Shown: piece by piece, positions 19,259 through 29,545 of the stretch
Position numbering within the stretch: position 1 is the stretch's first letter
How the letters are laid out: every line of letters begins with the position of its first letter
Source of the DNA: Gemmatimonadales bacterium
GTDB taxonomy: Bacteria; Gemmatimonadota; Gemmatimonadetes; Gemmatimonadales; GWC2-71-9
Length of the DNA stretch: 64,000 bases
Direction: 5' to 3'
Assembly: GCA_965249575.1 (NCBI GenBank)
Contig: OZ252244.1
Coordinates: 3,744,001 to 3,808,000, forward strand
The notes under the pieces: generated by a model
Seen by the model: only the letters and a program-made list of their open reading frames with translations
What the model was told of the DNA's origin: nothing
Database searches by the model: none
Position numbers and translations under genes: made by a program

Positions 19259-20414
19259 CGGGCTGTCCAGGTTCCGTCGTCGAGGGCCGGAGATCGTCCT
19301 CGCGCTCGTCGTGGTTCTGGCCGGCGTGTCGCTCTGGCAGGCCTGGGTCACCGCGGGACACCTGCGCTCGCAGGCGCGGGATACCTCCAGAATCTTCGGG
19401 CAGATCATCAGTGCCCTAAACGATCCCGCGCCCGAGGCCAGCACCGAGGTCCTCCTGCGTCTGGTGGCCGAAATCCGGGCCACCGGTATCCCGGTCGTCA
19501 TCACCGATAGCGCCGGGAGACCCACCGCGCTCGCGAACCTCCCGTTCGATGCTTCCATCGACGACCCGAGCGTGCGGGAGTACGCTGCTGAACTCGACCG
19601 GGTGAACCCGCCGATCCTGGGGCCCGCCCTCGGTCAGGTGCATTTTGGGGCGCTCCCCCAGGCGCGACGCCTCACTGGATTCGCGCTGCTGCAATTCGGG
19701 CTCTTGGGGACGGCCGTCGCGGTGGGCATTTGGGCCTATCGCACGTCCGTCGGTCGAGACCGAGACCGCCTGTGGGTAGCGACCGCGCGGGAGTCGGCCC
19801 ACCAGCTCGGTACGCCTCTCATGAGTGCATCCGCTTGGGCTGACCGCCTTGCTGAAGGGGACGAGCGCTCCCAGACCATCGCGCGTCACCTTCGAGCCGA
19901 CATCGAGCGTCTACAGCGGGTGGCCCAGCGCTTCGAGCGCATTGGACGGCCGGCACGTCGAGAACGCGTCGGGTTGGGGGTCCTATTGGAGCGGGTTGCG
20001 GCATACTTCGTCCCCCGGTTGCCGCGGCACTCGAACCCCGTGTCCATCAAGGTGCGGGCACCAGCGGCTGGACCCACGATCGCCGGCGACGCGGTGCTTC
20101 TCGAATGGGCTTTCGAGGTCCTGGTTCGCAACGCAGTAGATGCGCTGAGCGGGCGGGGCGGGGCGATCACGCTGACCGTCATCGGCACCGGCAGCGCGGC
20201 GACCGTCACGGTAGCGGATGACGGTCCGGGCATCCCGCCCGAGGTGCGGGCTCGGCTGTTTGAGCCGGGGGCCACGACCAAGCAAGGGGGATGGGGGATC
20301 GGCCTCGCGCTGGCGCGGCGGATCATCGAAGACGTGCACGGTGGCGCGCTCGACCTCAAACCATCGCAGGTCGGGACCGTGTTTGAGGCCGAGTTACCTT
20401 CAGGGGAACAGTGA
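19248..20414 (+). CDS. Two-TM sensor histidine kinase
   Basis: H-box ESAHQLGTPL, N-box VRNAVDA, DDGPGI, LFEPG and GWGIGL. Confidence 0.92.
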   Translation: MDRSGLSRFRRRGPEIVLALVVVLAGVSLWQAWVTAGHLRSQARDTSRIFGQIISALNDPAPEASTEVLLRLVAEIRATGIPVVITDSAGRPTALANLPFDASIDDPSVREYAAELDRVNPPILGPALGQVHFGALPQARRLTGFALLQFGLLGTAVAVGIWAYRTSVGRDRDRLWVATARESAHQLGTPLMSASAWADRLAEGDERSQTIARHLRADIERLQRVAQRFERIGRPARRERVGLGVLLERVAAYFVPRLPRHSNPVSIKVRAPAAGPTIAGDAVLLEWAFEVLVRNAVDALSGRGGAITLTVIGTGSAATVTVADDGPGIPPEVRARLFEPGATTKQGGWGIGLALARRIIEDVHGGALDLKPSQVGTVFEAELPSGEQ

Positions 20415-22624
20415 TCGCTTTCAGCCTGAACGACGCGCAGCGCTCCGCGGTGGAGCACCACCAGGGCCCGTTACTGGTCCTGGCCGGTGCCGGGTCGGGC
20501 AAGACCCGAGTCCTCACCGCGCGGCTTGCCCACCTGGTCGAACAGCGCAGAGTCGAGCCGCACCGAATCCTCGCCGTGACCTTCACGAACCGGGCTGCGA
20601 GCGAAATGCGCCGGCGGGTCACCGAGCTTCTCGGTCGGGAGCCCGCCGGTCTCTGGATTGGGACCTTCCATGCCGTTTGCGCGCGTCTACTCCGCCGAGA
20701 GGCGGAGCACCTCGGTTTCACGTCTCGATTCAGTATCTACGACGAGGACGATCGGCTACGGCTGATCAAGCGGCTGCTGGAGCGCCGAGGATATGCGAGC
20801 AAGGCCTACCCGCCTCGCCTCATTCAGGCCGTCATCTCGACCGCGAAGAATCGACTCCTGACCCCAGATGGGCTCGCCAGCGACGCAAGCGACCGAATCG
20901 GTCGGGTCGCGGCCGAGATCTTCGGGGACCTGGGCAAGGCTCTGGCAGCCGCAAATGCCATGGACTTCGATGATCTCCTAATCCATCCCCTCACGCTTTT
21001 CGAGCAGCACCCAGAGCGGCTGGCATACTACCAGGGCAGGTTCCGATCGATCCTCGTCGACGAATTCCAAGACACGAATCGCGCTCAGTACTTGCTCGTC
21101 CGTCACCTGGCGGCCGGGAGCAGGGATATCTGCGTGGTCGGCGACGACGATCAATCCATCTACGGGTGGCGCGGGGCAGATATCCAAAACATGCTCGATT
21201 TCCAGGGCGACTTCGGTGAAGCGACGATCGTCCGCCTCGAGCAAAACTACCGATCTACGCAGATCATCCTCGATGCGGCGAACAGTGTGATCGCCGAGAA
21301 CGCCCGACGACTGGGGAAGACGCTATTCACCGTGCGCGCGGGGGGGGATCCCGTTGTGCTCGTCGCGATGGCAGACGAGCGCGACGAAGCCGAGTGCGTA
21401 TCACGCGAGCTTCGGGCGCGCGTCTCGAACGACCACTACGATTACAGTGAGATGGCCGTCCTGTATCGCACGAACGCCCAGTCGCGCGCCTTCGAGGAAG
21501 CCTTTCGCCGCAGCGCGACGCCCCACCGAGTGGTGGGCGCGGTGAGCTTCTACGAACGCCGTGAGGTCAAGGACCTGGTCGCATACCTTCGCATCGTAGC
21601 CAACCCGGCCGATGACGAGGCGTTCCTGAGGGCGGTACAGGTGCCGAAACGGGGGGTCGGCCCCTCGAGTCTCGCGGCCTTGCAGGCCGCAGCGCATGAC
21701 TGGAGTAAACCGTTACTGGCCACGGCGACGATTGCGGATCGCATCGTGGAACTCAGGCCGCATGCAAAGACGGCATTGCGGGCCTTTGCAGATATGATCG
21801 AGCAGTTCCGCGCAGCAGCCACAAGCATCGCCCCCGCGTCGTTGCTCGAACGCATCATGGAGAAAATCGACTACGAGACGTATCTCACCTCCGGAGGGCT
21901 TGAAGGGTTCGAGCGCATCGAGAACGTGCGGGAGCTTCTCGCCGGAGCTGCTGAGTGGTCCGAAGAGAGCGACCCGGACGATCCCGCAAGTCCCCTCGAC
22001 CGTTTCCTCGTGTCAGCGGCGCTCACGAGTCCGGGTGAGCGAGGCGTGGGCGATCGGGAGGGGGTCACGCTCATGACGGTCCATACCGCCAAGGGGCTGG
22101 AATGGCCGATCGTCGTGCTAGCTGGGATGGAGGACGGATTGTTTCCTCTCAGCCGCTCCCTGGAATCGGCCGATGGAGCAGAAGAGGAGCGCCGGCTGGC
22201 CTACGTCGGGGTGACCCGGGCGCGCGACCGTCTGTATCTGACGTGGGCTCGCGCACGTCGGCGTGGTGGGCAGTTACTGCCAGGGATGCCCTCTCGTTTC
22301 CTCGAAGCCTTTCCCGCGGAGGTCCTTGAAGAGAGACGAAGCAGCGGCGCGTTCGGGGGCGAATTCCTCACGAGGCGAGGCTCGCATTCTTCGAGCGCAA
22401 CGCTCGCCGACCTCGGTAGCGTCGAAACAGAGTCCCAGGATGCACCGCGCTACGTCAAAGGCGAGCGCGTGCGACACCGCCACTTCGGATCCGGAACCAT
22501 CCGAGGACTCGGTGGTCACGGCCGGGAGCTGAAGGTGACCGTAGAATTCGACGACTCGGAGGTCGGCACGAAGCAGCTGCTCGTTGCGTACGCCGGCCTG
22601 GAACGTGACTGGGAGCCGGCATGA
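20411..22624 (+). CDS. uvrD: ATP-dependent DNA helicase UvrD/PcrA
   Basis: AGAGSGKT, DEFQDTN, VGDDDQSIY, LEQNYRS, TVHTAKGLE and EERRLAYVGVTRA; C-terminal Tudor-like domain. Confidence 0.96.
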   Translation: MIAFSLNDAQRSAVEHHQGPLLVLAGAGSGKTRVLTARLAHLVEQRRVEPHRILAVTFTNRAASEMRRRVTELLGREPAGLWIGTFHAVCARLLRREAEHLGFTSRFSIYDEDDRLRLIKRLLERRGYASKAYPPRLIQAVISTAKNRLLTPDGLASDASDRIGRVAAEIFGDLGKALAAANAMDFDDLLIHPLTLFEQHPERLAYYQGRFRSILVDEFQDTNRAQYLLVRHLAAGSRDICVVGDDDQSIYGWRGADIQNMLDFQGDFGEATIVRLEQNYRSTQIILDAANSVIAENARRLGKTLFTVRAGGDPVVLVAMADERDEAECVSRELRARVSNDHYDYSEMAVLYRTNAQSRAFEEAFRRSATPHRVVGAVSFYERREVKDLVAYLRIVANPADDEAFLRAVQVPKRGVGPSSLAALQAAAHDWSKPLLATATIADRIVELRPHAKTALRAFADMIEQFRAAATSIAPASLLERIMEKIDYETYLTSGGLEGFERIENVRELLAGAAEWSEESDPDDPASPLDRFLVSAALTSPGERGVGDREGVTLMTVHTAKGLEWPIVVLAGMEDGLFPLSRSLESADGAEEERRLAYVGVTRARDRLYLTWARARRRGGQLLPGMPSRFLEAFPAEVLEERRSSGAFGGEFLTRRGSHSSSATLADLGSVETESQDAPRYVKGERVRHRHFGSGTIRGLGGHGRELKVTVEFDDSEVGTKQLLVAYAGLERDWEPA

Positions 22625-22926
22625 GCGTGACGCGGGAAGAGATCGAGCGCATTGCCCGGCTCACTGCGCTGGCGGTCGATCAGGACGCCCTCCGGTCCCT
22701 CACGACCGAGATCGGCCGGATTCTCGAATACGTCTCGACGCTCGAAAGCGCCGACGTTGGGACCGGCGAAATCGGCGGGTCCGTTCCTAACGCGGAATCG
22801 CGGCAACCGCTCAGACCCGACGAGGTGAGCCGCACCGAGCTGGCCGTACCACTCGAAGCGCTGGCTCCCCGCTTCGAGGACGGCCTGTTTCTCGTGCCGC
22901 GTTTGGGCGCGCTGGATCAGGAATGA
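22621..22926 (+). CDS. gatC: Asp/Glu-tRNA amidotransferase subunit C
   Basis: EIERIARLTAL...LRPDE...FLVPR; position before gatA. Confidence 0.9.
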   Translation: MSVTREEIERIARLTALAVDQDALRSLTTEIGRILEYVSTLESADVGTGEIGGSVPNAESRQPLRPDEVSRTELAVPLEALAPRFEDGLFLVPRLGALDQE

Positions 22927-24314
22927 GCACGGCTGAAGATCGAGCGCTCCAGGCGGCTGACGGTATCGAACGGACCGCCGGCCGCGGTCTCAATGCCGTT
23001 CTCGCCTTCGACAGGGATAACCTGCTGAGCCAATCCCGAAATCACGAACGGGTCGCGCAAGAAGCACCGCTCGATGGGCTCCCGGTTGGGATCAAGGACA
23101 ACATCTGCACGCTGGAATATCCGACCTCATGCGGTTCGCGAATCCTCGAGGGCTATTGCTCACCGTACGAGGCAACGGCCGTGGCCAGACTCAAGGCCGC
23201 TGGCGGTCTGGTTGCATGCAAGACCAACCTCGATGAATTCGGCATGGGCTCGTCGACCGAGCACTCCGCGTTCGGGCGAACGATGCACCCCATCGATACC
23301 GAGCGGGTGCCCGGAGGGTCTTCCGGTGGATCGGCCGCCCTTGTTGCCGACGGCGCGGTACCGGCGTGTCTCGGCTCCGAAACGGGCGGATCTGTACGGC
23401 AACCAGCCGCTTTCTGCGGTGTCGTTGGTGTCAAACCGACTTACGGCCGGGTGAGTCGCTACGGCTTGGTGGCCTTCGGCAGTTCTCTCGATCAGATCGG
23501 AGTGTTCGGTAAAACGGTGGCTGATGCCGCGGGCGTACTGTCGGCCATATCCGGGCGCGACCCAAACGACGCGACCTGCTCCGATCGTGACCCGCTCGAG
23601 TTCCGATCGGCACCGACGGACTTGTCGGGGACGACGGTTGGCCTCCCGCGAGAATACTTCCCGGAGGACCTGGAGCCTGGGATACGGGCGGCCTGCGACC
23701 GTACAGTCGCAGGCCTCGAAGAAGCCGGGGCGACCGTCCGCGACGTCTCGCTCCCCCATACGGCCTTGGCTGTGCCGACCTACTACATCATTGCACCGGC
23801 AGAGGCCAGCTCGAATCTCGCGCGCTATGACGGCGTACGATACGGTCTTCGCGTCGTCGATGAAAGTGGAGACGTCCACGCTATGTATCGAGCAACACGC
23901 GGCCAGGGGTTCGGCCCAGAAGTGCGCCGGCGCATCATCGTCGGCACCTACGTCCTTTCGGCCGGCTACTACCAGGCCTACTACGGCCGCGCGCTCCGGG
24001 CTCGCCAATGTATTACCCGCGACTTCCGTGAGGTATTCGAATCGGGCGTTGACCTGCTGTTTACCCCGACGACACCATCCACGGCGTTCAAGGCCGGAGA
24101 GAAGCTCGCCGACCCTGTGTCGATGTACCTGGGCGACGTGTTCGTCTGTACGGCAAACCTCGCGGGTGTTCCTGCCATGTCGATCCCCATCGGGCGGGAC
24201 GACGGCCTACCGATCGGCGGGCAGCTCATTGCGCCGCCGTTCGCCGAGGCCACGATGCTCGGCGCCGCGACGGTACTCGAACGGGTCGTCGACGAAACGG
24301 CTGAAGTCCGGTGA
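22923..24314 (+). CDS. gatA: Asp/Glu-tRNA amidotransferase subunit A
   Basis: IKDNI, KTNLDEFGMGSS, PGGSSGGS, SETGGSVRQP and SSNLARYDG. Confidence 0.97.
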   Translation: MSTAEDRALQAADGIERTAGRGLNAVLAFDRDNLLSQSRNHERVAQEAPLDGLPVGIKDNICTLEYPTSCGSRILEGYCSPYEATAVARLKAAGGLVACKTNLDEFGMGSSTEHSAFGRTMHPIDTERVPGGSSGGSAALVADGAVPACLGSETGGSVRQPAAFCGVVGVKPTYGRVSRYGLVAFGSSLDQIGVFGKTVADAAGVLSAISGRDPNDATCSDRDPLEFRSAPTDLSGTTVGLPREYFPEDLEPGIRAACDRTVAGLEEAGATVRDVSLPHTALAVPTYYIIAPAEASSNLARYDGVRYGLRVVDESGDVHAMYRATRGQGFGPEVRRRIIVGTYVLSAGYYQAYYGRALRARQCITRDFREVFESGVDLLFTPTTPSTAFKAGEKLADPVSMYLGDVFVCTANLAGVPAMSIPIGRDDGLPIGGQLIAPPFAEATMLGAATVLERVVDETAEVR

Positions 24315-25738
24315 GCTGGGAGTCAGTGATCGGGCTCGAGGTGCACGTCCAGCTCAAGACCCAGTCCAAGATTTTCTGTGCCTGCTCCACGGCGTTCGGT
24401 GATCCTCCAAACACGAACGTCTGTCCAGTGTGCCTCGGTCTCCCGGGTGCGCTCCCAGCGTTGAATGCGCACGCGGTGGAACTCGGCGTCCGTGCGGCGC
24501 TCGCCCTCGATTTCACGGTTCACGGCGTCAGCATCTTCGCACGAAAGAACTATTTCTATCCGGATCTACCAAAGGGATATCAAATCTCCCAGTTCGAGGC
24601 ACCGCTCGCGACCGCGGGCACCCTGGAGGTACCTACCGCGGGTGGCGGAACGGTACGAATCGGTATTACGCGGCTTCACCTGGAGGAAGATGCTGGCAAG
24701 TCGTTTCACGACCGCGTCCCATCGATGACGGCGGTAGATTTGAACCGATCGGGCACGCCGCTGGCCGAAATCGTGAGCGAGCCCGATCTCCGGTCTCCCG
24801 AGCAGGCTAGGGCCTACCTCGTCGTGCTGAAGCAGATCCTGGAATACCTCGACGTTTCTGACTGTAACATGGAGGAGGGGAGTCTTCGTGTGGACGCGAA
24901 CGTCTCGGTTCGGCAGGTTGGGGATTCGAGGCTCGGGACCAAGCAGGAAGTGAAGAACATGAACTCCTTCGGCGGTCTGGAACGGGCGGTGGGGCAGCTA
25001 CGCGACCAGCAGATCGCGTTGCTGGAGGCGGGGGTCTCGGTCGAGCTCGCGACCTATTCGGCCGCCACAGGAGAGCTCCGACACATGCGAAGCAAGGAGG
25101 AGAGCCACGACTATCGGTATTTCCCGGAGCCGGATTTACCGCCGCTCGATCTCGCTCGATATGGGATCGACATCGCCAAGGAACGGGAAGGGTTGCCGGA
25201 GCTGCCAGCGCGAAAGCGGAACCGTTTTGCCGATCAGTACGGGCTATCGGACTACGACGCTGAGGTGCTTGCGAGCACCCAGAAGTTGGGAAATTACTTC
25301 GAGGAGGTCGCGTCGGGCGCGGCGGATCCCAGGGCCGCTGCCAAATGGGTCATGGGCCCAGTGCTCGCGGCCGCTAAGGACCGTGGTGGCAGTCTGAGCG
25401 TCGCACCCGGGCGAGTAGTTCAGCTCATCCGGTTGGTCGGCGAAGCCGTGCTGAGCGAGCAGGCGGCGAAGCGTGTGTTCGTGGAGATCGTGACCAATGA
25501 TGCCGACCCTGAAACGGTGGCCAAGCAGCTTGGGCTGGTGCAGGTCGGGGACGATGACGTGATAGCGAAGTGGGTCGACGAGGTACTACGTGGTCAAGAG
25601 GAAGCGATAGCGCGTTATCGCGGTGGGGAGAAGAAGGTGCTCGGCTTCTTCATGGGCGCGGTGATGAAGGCTTCGGGCGGTAGAGCCGATCCCAAACGAG
25701 TCCAATTCGCGTTGCGGCGCCGCCTGGATGCCGGCTAG
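24311..25738 (+). CDS. gatB: Asp/Glu-tRNA amidotransferase subunit B
   Basis: IGLEVHVQL, RKNYFYPDLPKGYQISQ, HLEEDAGK and DYRYFPEPDL. Confidence 0.97.
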   Translation: MSWESVIGLEVHVQLKTQSKIFCACSTAFGDPPNTNVCPVCLGLPGALPALNAHAVELGVRAALALDFTVHGVSIFARKNYFYPDLPKGYQISQFEAPLATAGTLEVPTAGGGTVRIGITRLHLEEDAGKSFHDRVPSMTAVDLNRSGTPLAEIVSEPDLRSPEQARAYLVVLKQILEYLDVSDCNMEEGSLRVDANVSVRQVGDSRLGTKQEVKNMNSFGGLERAVGQLRDQQIALLEAGVSVELATYSAATGELRHMRSKEESHDYRYFPEPDLPPLDLARYGIDIAKEREGLPELPARKRNRFADQYGLSDYDAEVLASTQKLGNYFEEVASGAADPRAAAKWVMGPVLAAAKDRGGSLSVAPGRVVQLIRLVGEAVLSEQAAKRVFVEIVTNDADPETVAKQLGLVQVGDDDVIAKWVDEVLRGQEEAIARYRGGEKKVLGFFMGAVMKASGGRADPKRVQFALRRRLDAG

Positions 25739-25745
25739 ACCCTCA

Positions 25746-26671
25746 TCAATCCGACGATCCCTCAGGACCGCGGCGCCAGGGACGCTGGGCGTCGGAGCTC
25801 TCCCAAAACGTCAGCTCGTAATCGGGAAGCGCGAAGTGCTCGTCCGCGACTGTCTCGAGCTGCTCCCCATCGGTCGTCAGGAGACGTATTCGAGCCGCTT
25901 CTCCCCGTAAGCGCTTCGCCAGCTTCAGCGATGCCTCACCCGAGGGATCCAACTGCCGCGCCTTTGCGTCGTTCGAACCGAGCATATCCATCACGAGATG
26001 AAATGCGACGCCCATGTTCCGATCGACCTCCGCGTCCGTGAGGTCGTAACGGCTGTTCGTCGATACAACTCGGAAGGCCCGCTGCCAGCTCCGGGTCTCC
26101 GTAATGCCGACCATCCCCTGGAACAAGCGTCTGCTCGTGCGAACGGAAAAATCGTTGGGGACAGAATCTCGTCGAGGTGTCTTTCGGCGCCAGCATGATC
26201 GAGACGAATGACGTCCATGGCGGTCCGCGCATACTGATCGCCCAAGTGCGTCTCGAACCGGCTCTCCCAATAGGAGTGGCCCAGTCCCGTCGCTCCCGCC
26301 GCGACCACGAGTTGCTGAGGAACAAAGAAGTTGTGCGCCACAGCGTCGGCTGCCAGGTGGGACAGGTATCCCAACCCGAACGCCCGGAGGGGCTCGCTCT
26401 CGGCGAGGTCGAAGATTTCCTGACCGACCTGCCAGGAGTGGCAGTGTCGGCCAACGGGGGCGTACTTCTTCGCAATGGAGGTGTCCGCGGCGATGTTGCC
26501 GTACAAGAAGTCGTAGGGAAATGCCCGCAAGAGCTCGGCGATCCACGGCGGCAGCTGCCCGAGGTTGGCGAGCACGGATTCGCCCAGAAAAATGTGCGTG
26601 CCCGGACTCCACGCGTGTGCGGGTGTCGGTACGGCCGCGGCGGCGACGAACACGAGAGCCGACGCGATCAC
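25746..26671 (-). pseudogene. Zinc-dependent phospholipase C family protein, split by a 1-nt frameshift near 26149 (real lesion or sequencing error)
   Basis: Signal peptide then WSPGTH (Trp1), GNIAAD, HCHSW, GYLSHLAADAVAH and HSYWE in one frame. The sequence continues as SVRTSRRLFQGMV in the other frame after a T5 tract. Confidence 0.72.
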
Positions 26672-26694
26672 CGCGTGTTGCCACTGCGAGCCCG

Positions 26695-27141
26695 TTATCG
26701 CCGCCGTCCCAGCAGTGCCCGTTTCATGGCGCCCAGCACGGACGTGCTCCGCCGAGTCGTGCGGACCGCAGCCGCGACGTCGAGCACGGTCTCCTCGACC
26801 TCCTCATGGAGGATTTCCAGGAGCGCACCAACCTCCTGCAGCCGTTCTCCCGCGTCGTCGGCGACTTCCGTCACTCGAGTCCTCAGATCACGGGAAGTGC
26901 CGGCGACTCCCTCAACCTCCACACGGACAGTTTCGACCATGCGTTTGGCTTCGTCGACCGCCGACCGCGCGGACTGGAGCGCCGGTGAGGCGTGCGTATT
27001 GAGGGTCTCGGTCAATCGCTGCAACGATCCCACGACCCGCCGAGCATCCCGCAGCAGGGGGAGCGAAGCGAACATCGGCAAAGCGATGAGTATGGCGATG
27101 GCCGCGGTCGAAATCGCTGTTACTACGGCTGGCCATTCCAT
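26695..27141 (-). CDS. Single-TM coiled-coil protein (DUF948-like)
   Basis: N-terminal TM helix then heptad-rich helix; AAGGAG RBS upstream. Confidence 0.78.
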   Translation of the reverse strand: MEWPAVVTAISTAAIAILIALPMFASLPLLRDARRVVGSLQRLTETLNTHASPALQSARSAVDEAKRMVETVRVEVEGVAGTSRDLRTRVTEVADDAGERLQEVGALLEILHEEVEETVLDVAAAVRTTRRSTSVLGAMKRALLGRRR

Positions 27142-27350
27142 TCACGGCTCCTTAATCGGGCGGGATGGCACCACAATCCCGTCATTGACCTGGCGAAGGG
27201 TGCCCATCGCCCAGGGTAGTGTCAAGCGCTGAGACCGTCGCCAACCGCTCCGCCTCGCGCGACGGCCGGGAGGGGCCCGGAGGTCGGATGCGCCCGAGGA
27301 CCCTGGCCGCTTGACTCCGAAGCCAGAGGCGGCGTATGGTTCGCCCCACC

Positions 27351-28646
27351 ATGGCTACCAGCTTCCGCGTCACCGGTGGCGTTCCCTTGAGCGGAACGAT
27401 TCGCCCCGCCGGCAATAAGAACGCGGCGCTCCCGATGATTGCCGCGTCCCTCCTCGCGGATGGCCCGAGCGAGATACACAACGTGCCGCACATCCGCGAC
27501 GTCGACACCATGCTTGAGTTGATCGCCGATATCGGTGTGAGTTGTTCTTGGACAGGGCCGAACAGCCTAACCATTGATCCCAGAAACATCGCCAGTCGGG
27601 AACTCAACCCCAGCTTGTGCGCCCGGATCAGGGCGTCTGTGCTGCTAGCCGGGCCGTTACTCGCCCGGTTCGGGTCCGTCGTTTTGCCCCCCCCGGGAGG
27701 CGACGTCATTGGGAGGAGGCGGCTCGACACCCATTTCCTCGCCCTGGAGCGCCTCGGCGCGGAGGTCGAGATCGGGGCCGAATACCGACTGGAGGCTCCC
27801 ACCGGCCTGGAAGGGACGGAGATTTTCCTCGACGAGCCCAGCGTGACGGCCACGGAGAATGCCCTGATGGCGGCGGTTCTGGCCGCGGGCCGCACCGACT
27901 TGCGCAACGCGGCTTCGGAACCGCACGTGCAGGACTTGGCTCGAACGCTCGTTCGGATGGGCGCGCGAATCGACGGAATTGGCACCAACGTCTTGAGCGT
28001 TGAGGGCGTCACCAGGCTCAACGGTGCGCGATTCGACGTCGGACCGGACCACGTGGAAGTGGGAAGTTTTGTCGGGCTCGCCGCAATGACAAATGGGGAA
28101 ATCGTCATCGACGGCGTGCGGCCGGAGGACCTACGGAGCATCCTCCTGAATTTCGATCGTCTGGGCGTCACGCCGCGCCTGGACGGCGACCGGGCCATCG
28201 TCGAACAGCACCAAGAACGGCGGGTTCAGCCCGACCTCGGGGGGCACATCCCGAAGATCGAAGACGGTCCCTGGCCGGCGTTTCCCGCGGACCTGACTTC
28301 CATCGCCATCGTGACGGCCACCCAGTGCGAGGGCTTGGTTCTCGTATTCGAGAAGATGTTCGAGTCACGGCTCTTCTTCGTCGACAAACTGATTGGGATG
28401 GGCGGCCGCATCGTGCTCTGTGATCCCCACCGGGTCGTCATCTCCGGCCCGTCCCCCCTGCGGGGAGGGGTCGTCGAGAGTCCCGACATTCGGGCTGGTA
28501 TGGCGATACTGATCGCTACCCTGGCGGCCGAGGGTGAGAGCACGATTCATAACATCGGCCAAATTGACAGAGGGTATGAGCGTATTGACGAGCGTCTACG
28601 CGAGTTGGGAGCCCAGATCGAGCGAGTCGAGGGCGGCGACCAATGA
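27351..28646 (+). CDS. murA: UDP-N-acetylglucosamine 1-carboxyvinyltransferase (Asp-type)
   Basis: AGNKNAALP, RASVLL, PGGDVIGRR, SVTATEN, EPHV and DIRAG. A promoter-like TTGACT-18-TATGGT (27311-27340) favours ATG 27351. Confidence 0.95.
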   Translation: MATSFRVTGGVPLSGTIRPAGNKNAALPMIAASLLADGPSEIHNVPHIRDVDTMLELIADIGVSCSWTGPNSLTIDPRNIASRELNPSLCARIRASVLLAGPLLARFGSVVLPPPGGDVIGRRRLDTHFLALERLGAEVEIGAEYRLEAPTGLEGTEIFLDEPSVTATENALMAAVLAAGRTDLRNAASEPHVQDLARTLVRMGARIDGIGTNVLSVEGVTRLNGARFDVGPDHVEVGSFVGLAAMTNGEIVIDGVRPEDLRSILLNFDRLGVTPRLDGDRAIVEQHQERRVQPDLGGHIPKIEDGPWPAFPADLTSIAIVTATQCEGLVLVFEKMFESRLFFVDKLIGMGGRIVLCDPHRVVISGPSPLRGGVVESPDIRAGMAILIATLAAEGESTIHNIGQIDRGYERIDERLRELGAQIERVEGGDQ

Positions 28647-29416
28647 CGGCAGCCCAGCTGGCCATAGCGACGGAGCAGCGAGCCATGGAGAGCGGGATTC
28701 CCCGCTACGAGCTTCTGGACTGGTGGGAGCAACACGGGCTCGTCGCTGGGGTTACGGGGCGGGGAGACGGTTTCGACATGCGCCTGCCGCCGGCGGGCGA
28801 GGTTACAGCGGGAGCATGGCGGTCTTTTCTGGCTGGCCTGGACCGCCCGTTCGATGGGGTCGTCGTGGGGCGCCAAGTACACCATACGAGGGTTGAGCGT
28901 CACGCGGACCCCGTTGTTGGACTCGTGGTTCAGCCCGGAATCGACGGTCACGTTACCTCGATCCCGGGTTTGCTGCTGGCCGTGACCATCGCTGACTGCG
29001 TGCCGGTTTACCTGGCTCACCCTCCTACCGGAAGCATCGCCCTGCTTCACGCTGGATGGCGCGGTATAGCGGCCGGTATCCTGAGCGAGGGTGTACATGA
29101 GTTGTGCGACCTCGCGTCCGCGAACGTTGCAGATATCCTAATGCATTGTGGTATAGGCATTTGTGGTAGATGTTATGAAGTAGGATCTGAGGTCGTAGCT
29201 GAGGTGACGGGTAACCGAGCCACTGGAGAATCCGACTTCGTGGACTTGCGCGGGGTGGTGGCCGATCGCGCCCGCGGCCTTGGGATTCGCCAGATTTCGT
29301 GCTCGCCCTGGTGCACTGCCCACGACGCCGACCGCTTTTATTCCCACCGAGCATCGGGTGGTCCCGACGGACGCATGGCGGCCTACTTGGGGCGTCCGGG
29401 ATTCGGGTCGGCGTAG
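28643..29416 (+). CDS. pgeF: YfiH/PgeF family (polyphenol oxidase-like) protein
   Basis: QVH, ADCVPV, LHAGWRG, ICGRCYEVG and FYSHR...GRM. Confidence 0.9.
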   Translation: MTAAQLAIATEQRAMESGIPRYELLDWWEQHGLVAGVTGRGDGFDMRLPPAGEVTAGAWRSFLAGLDRPFDGVVVGRQVHHTRVERHADPVVGLVVQPGIDGHVTSIPGLLLAVTIADCVPVYLAHPPTGSIALLHAGWRGIAAGILSEGVHELCDLASANVADILMHCGIGICGRCYEVGSEVVAEVTGNRATGESDFVDLRGVVADRARGLGIRQISCSPWCTAHDADRFYSHRASGGPDGRMAAYLGRPGFGSA

Positions 29417-29459
29417 GGGTACAAGTCCGGGCGGGACGCGTTCGTTGCATGTCGGGCGC

Positions 29460-29533
29460 TTGCTCCCCATCGCCGTGAGGCGTATATTCTGGGCTGTAGG
29501 GGAGCGGGCGCAGTTGGCCCGCGCTTTTTTTTT
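29460..29533 (+). promoter_or_regulatory. rimP-nusA promoter plus leader attenuator hairpin
   Basis: TTGCTC(29460-29465)-17-TATATT(29483-29488); GCGGGC/GCCCGC hairpin at 29504-29522 followed by T9 at 29525-29533, before the rimP ATG. Confidence 0.75.
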
Positions 29534-29545
29534 CCAAATTTGGCC

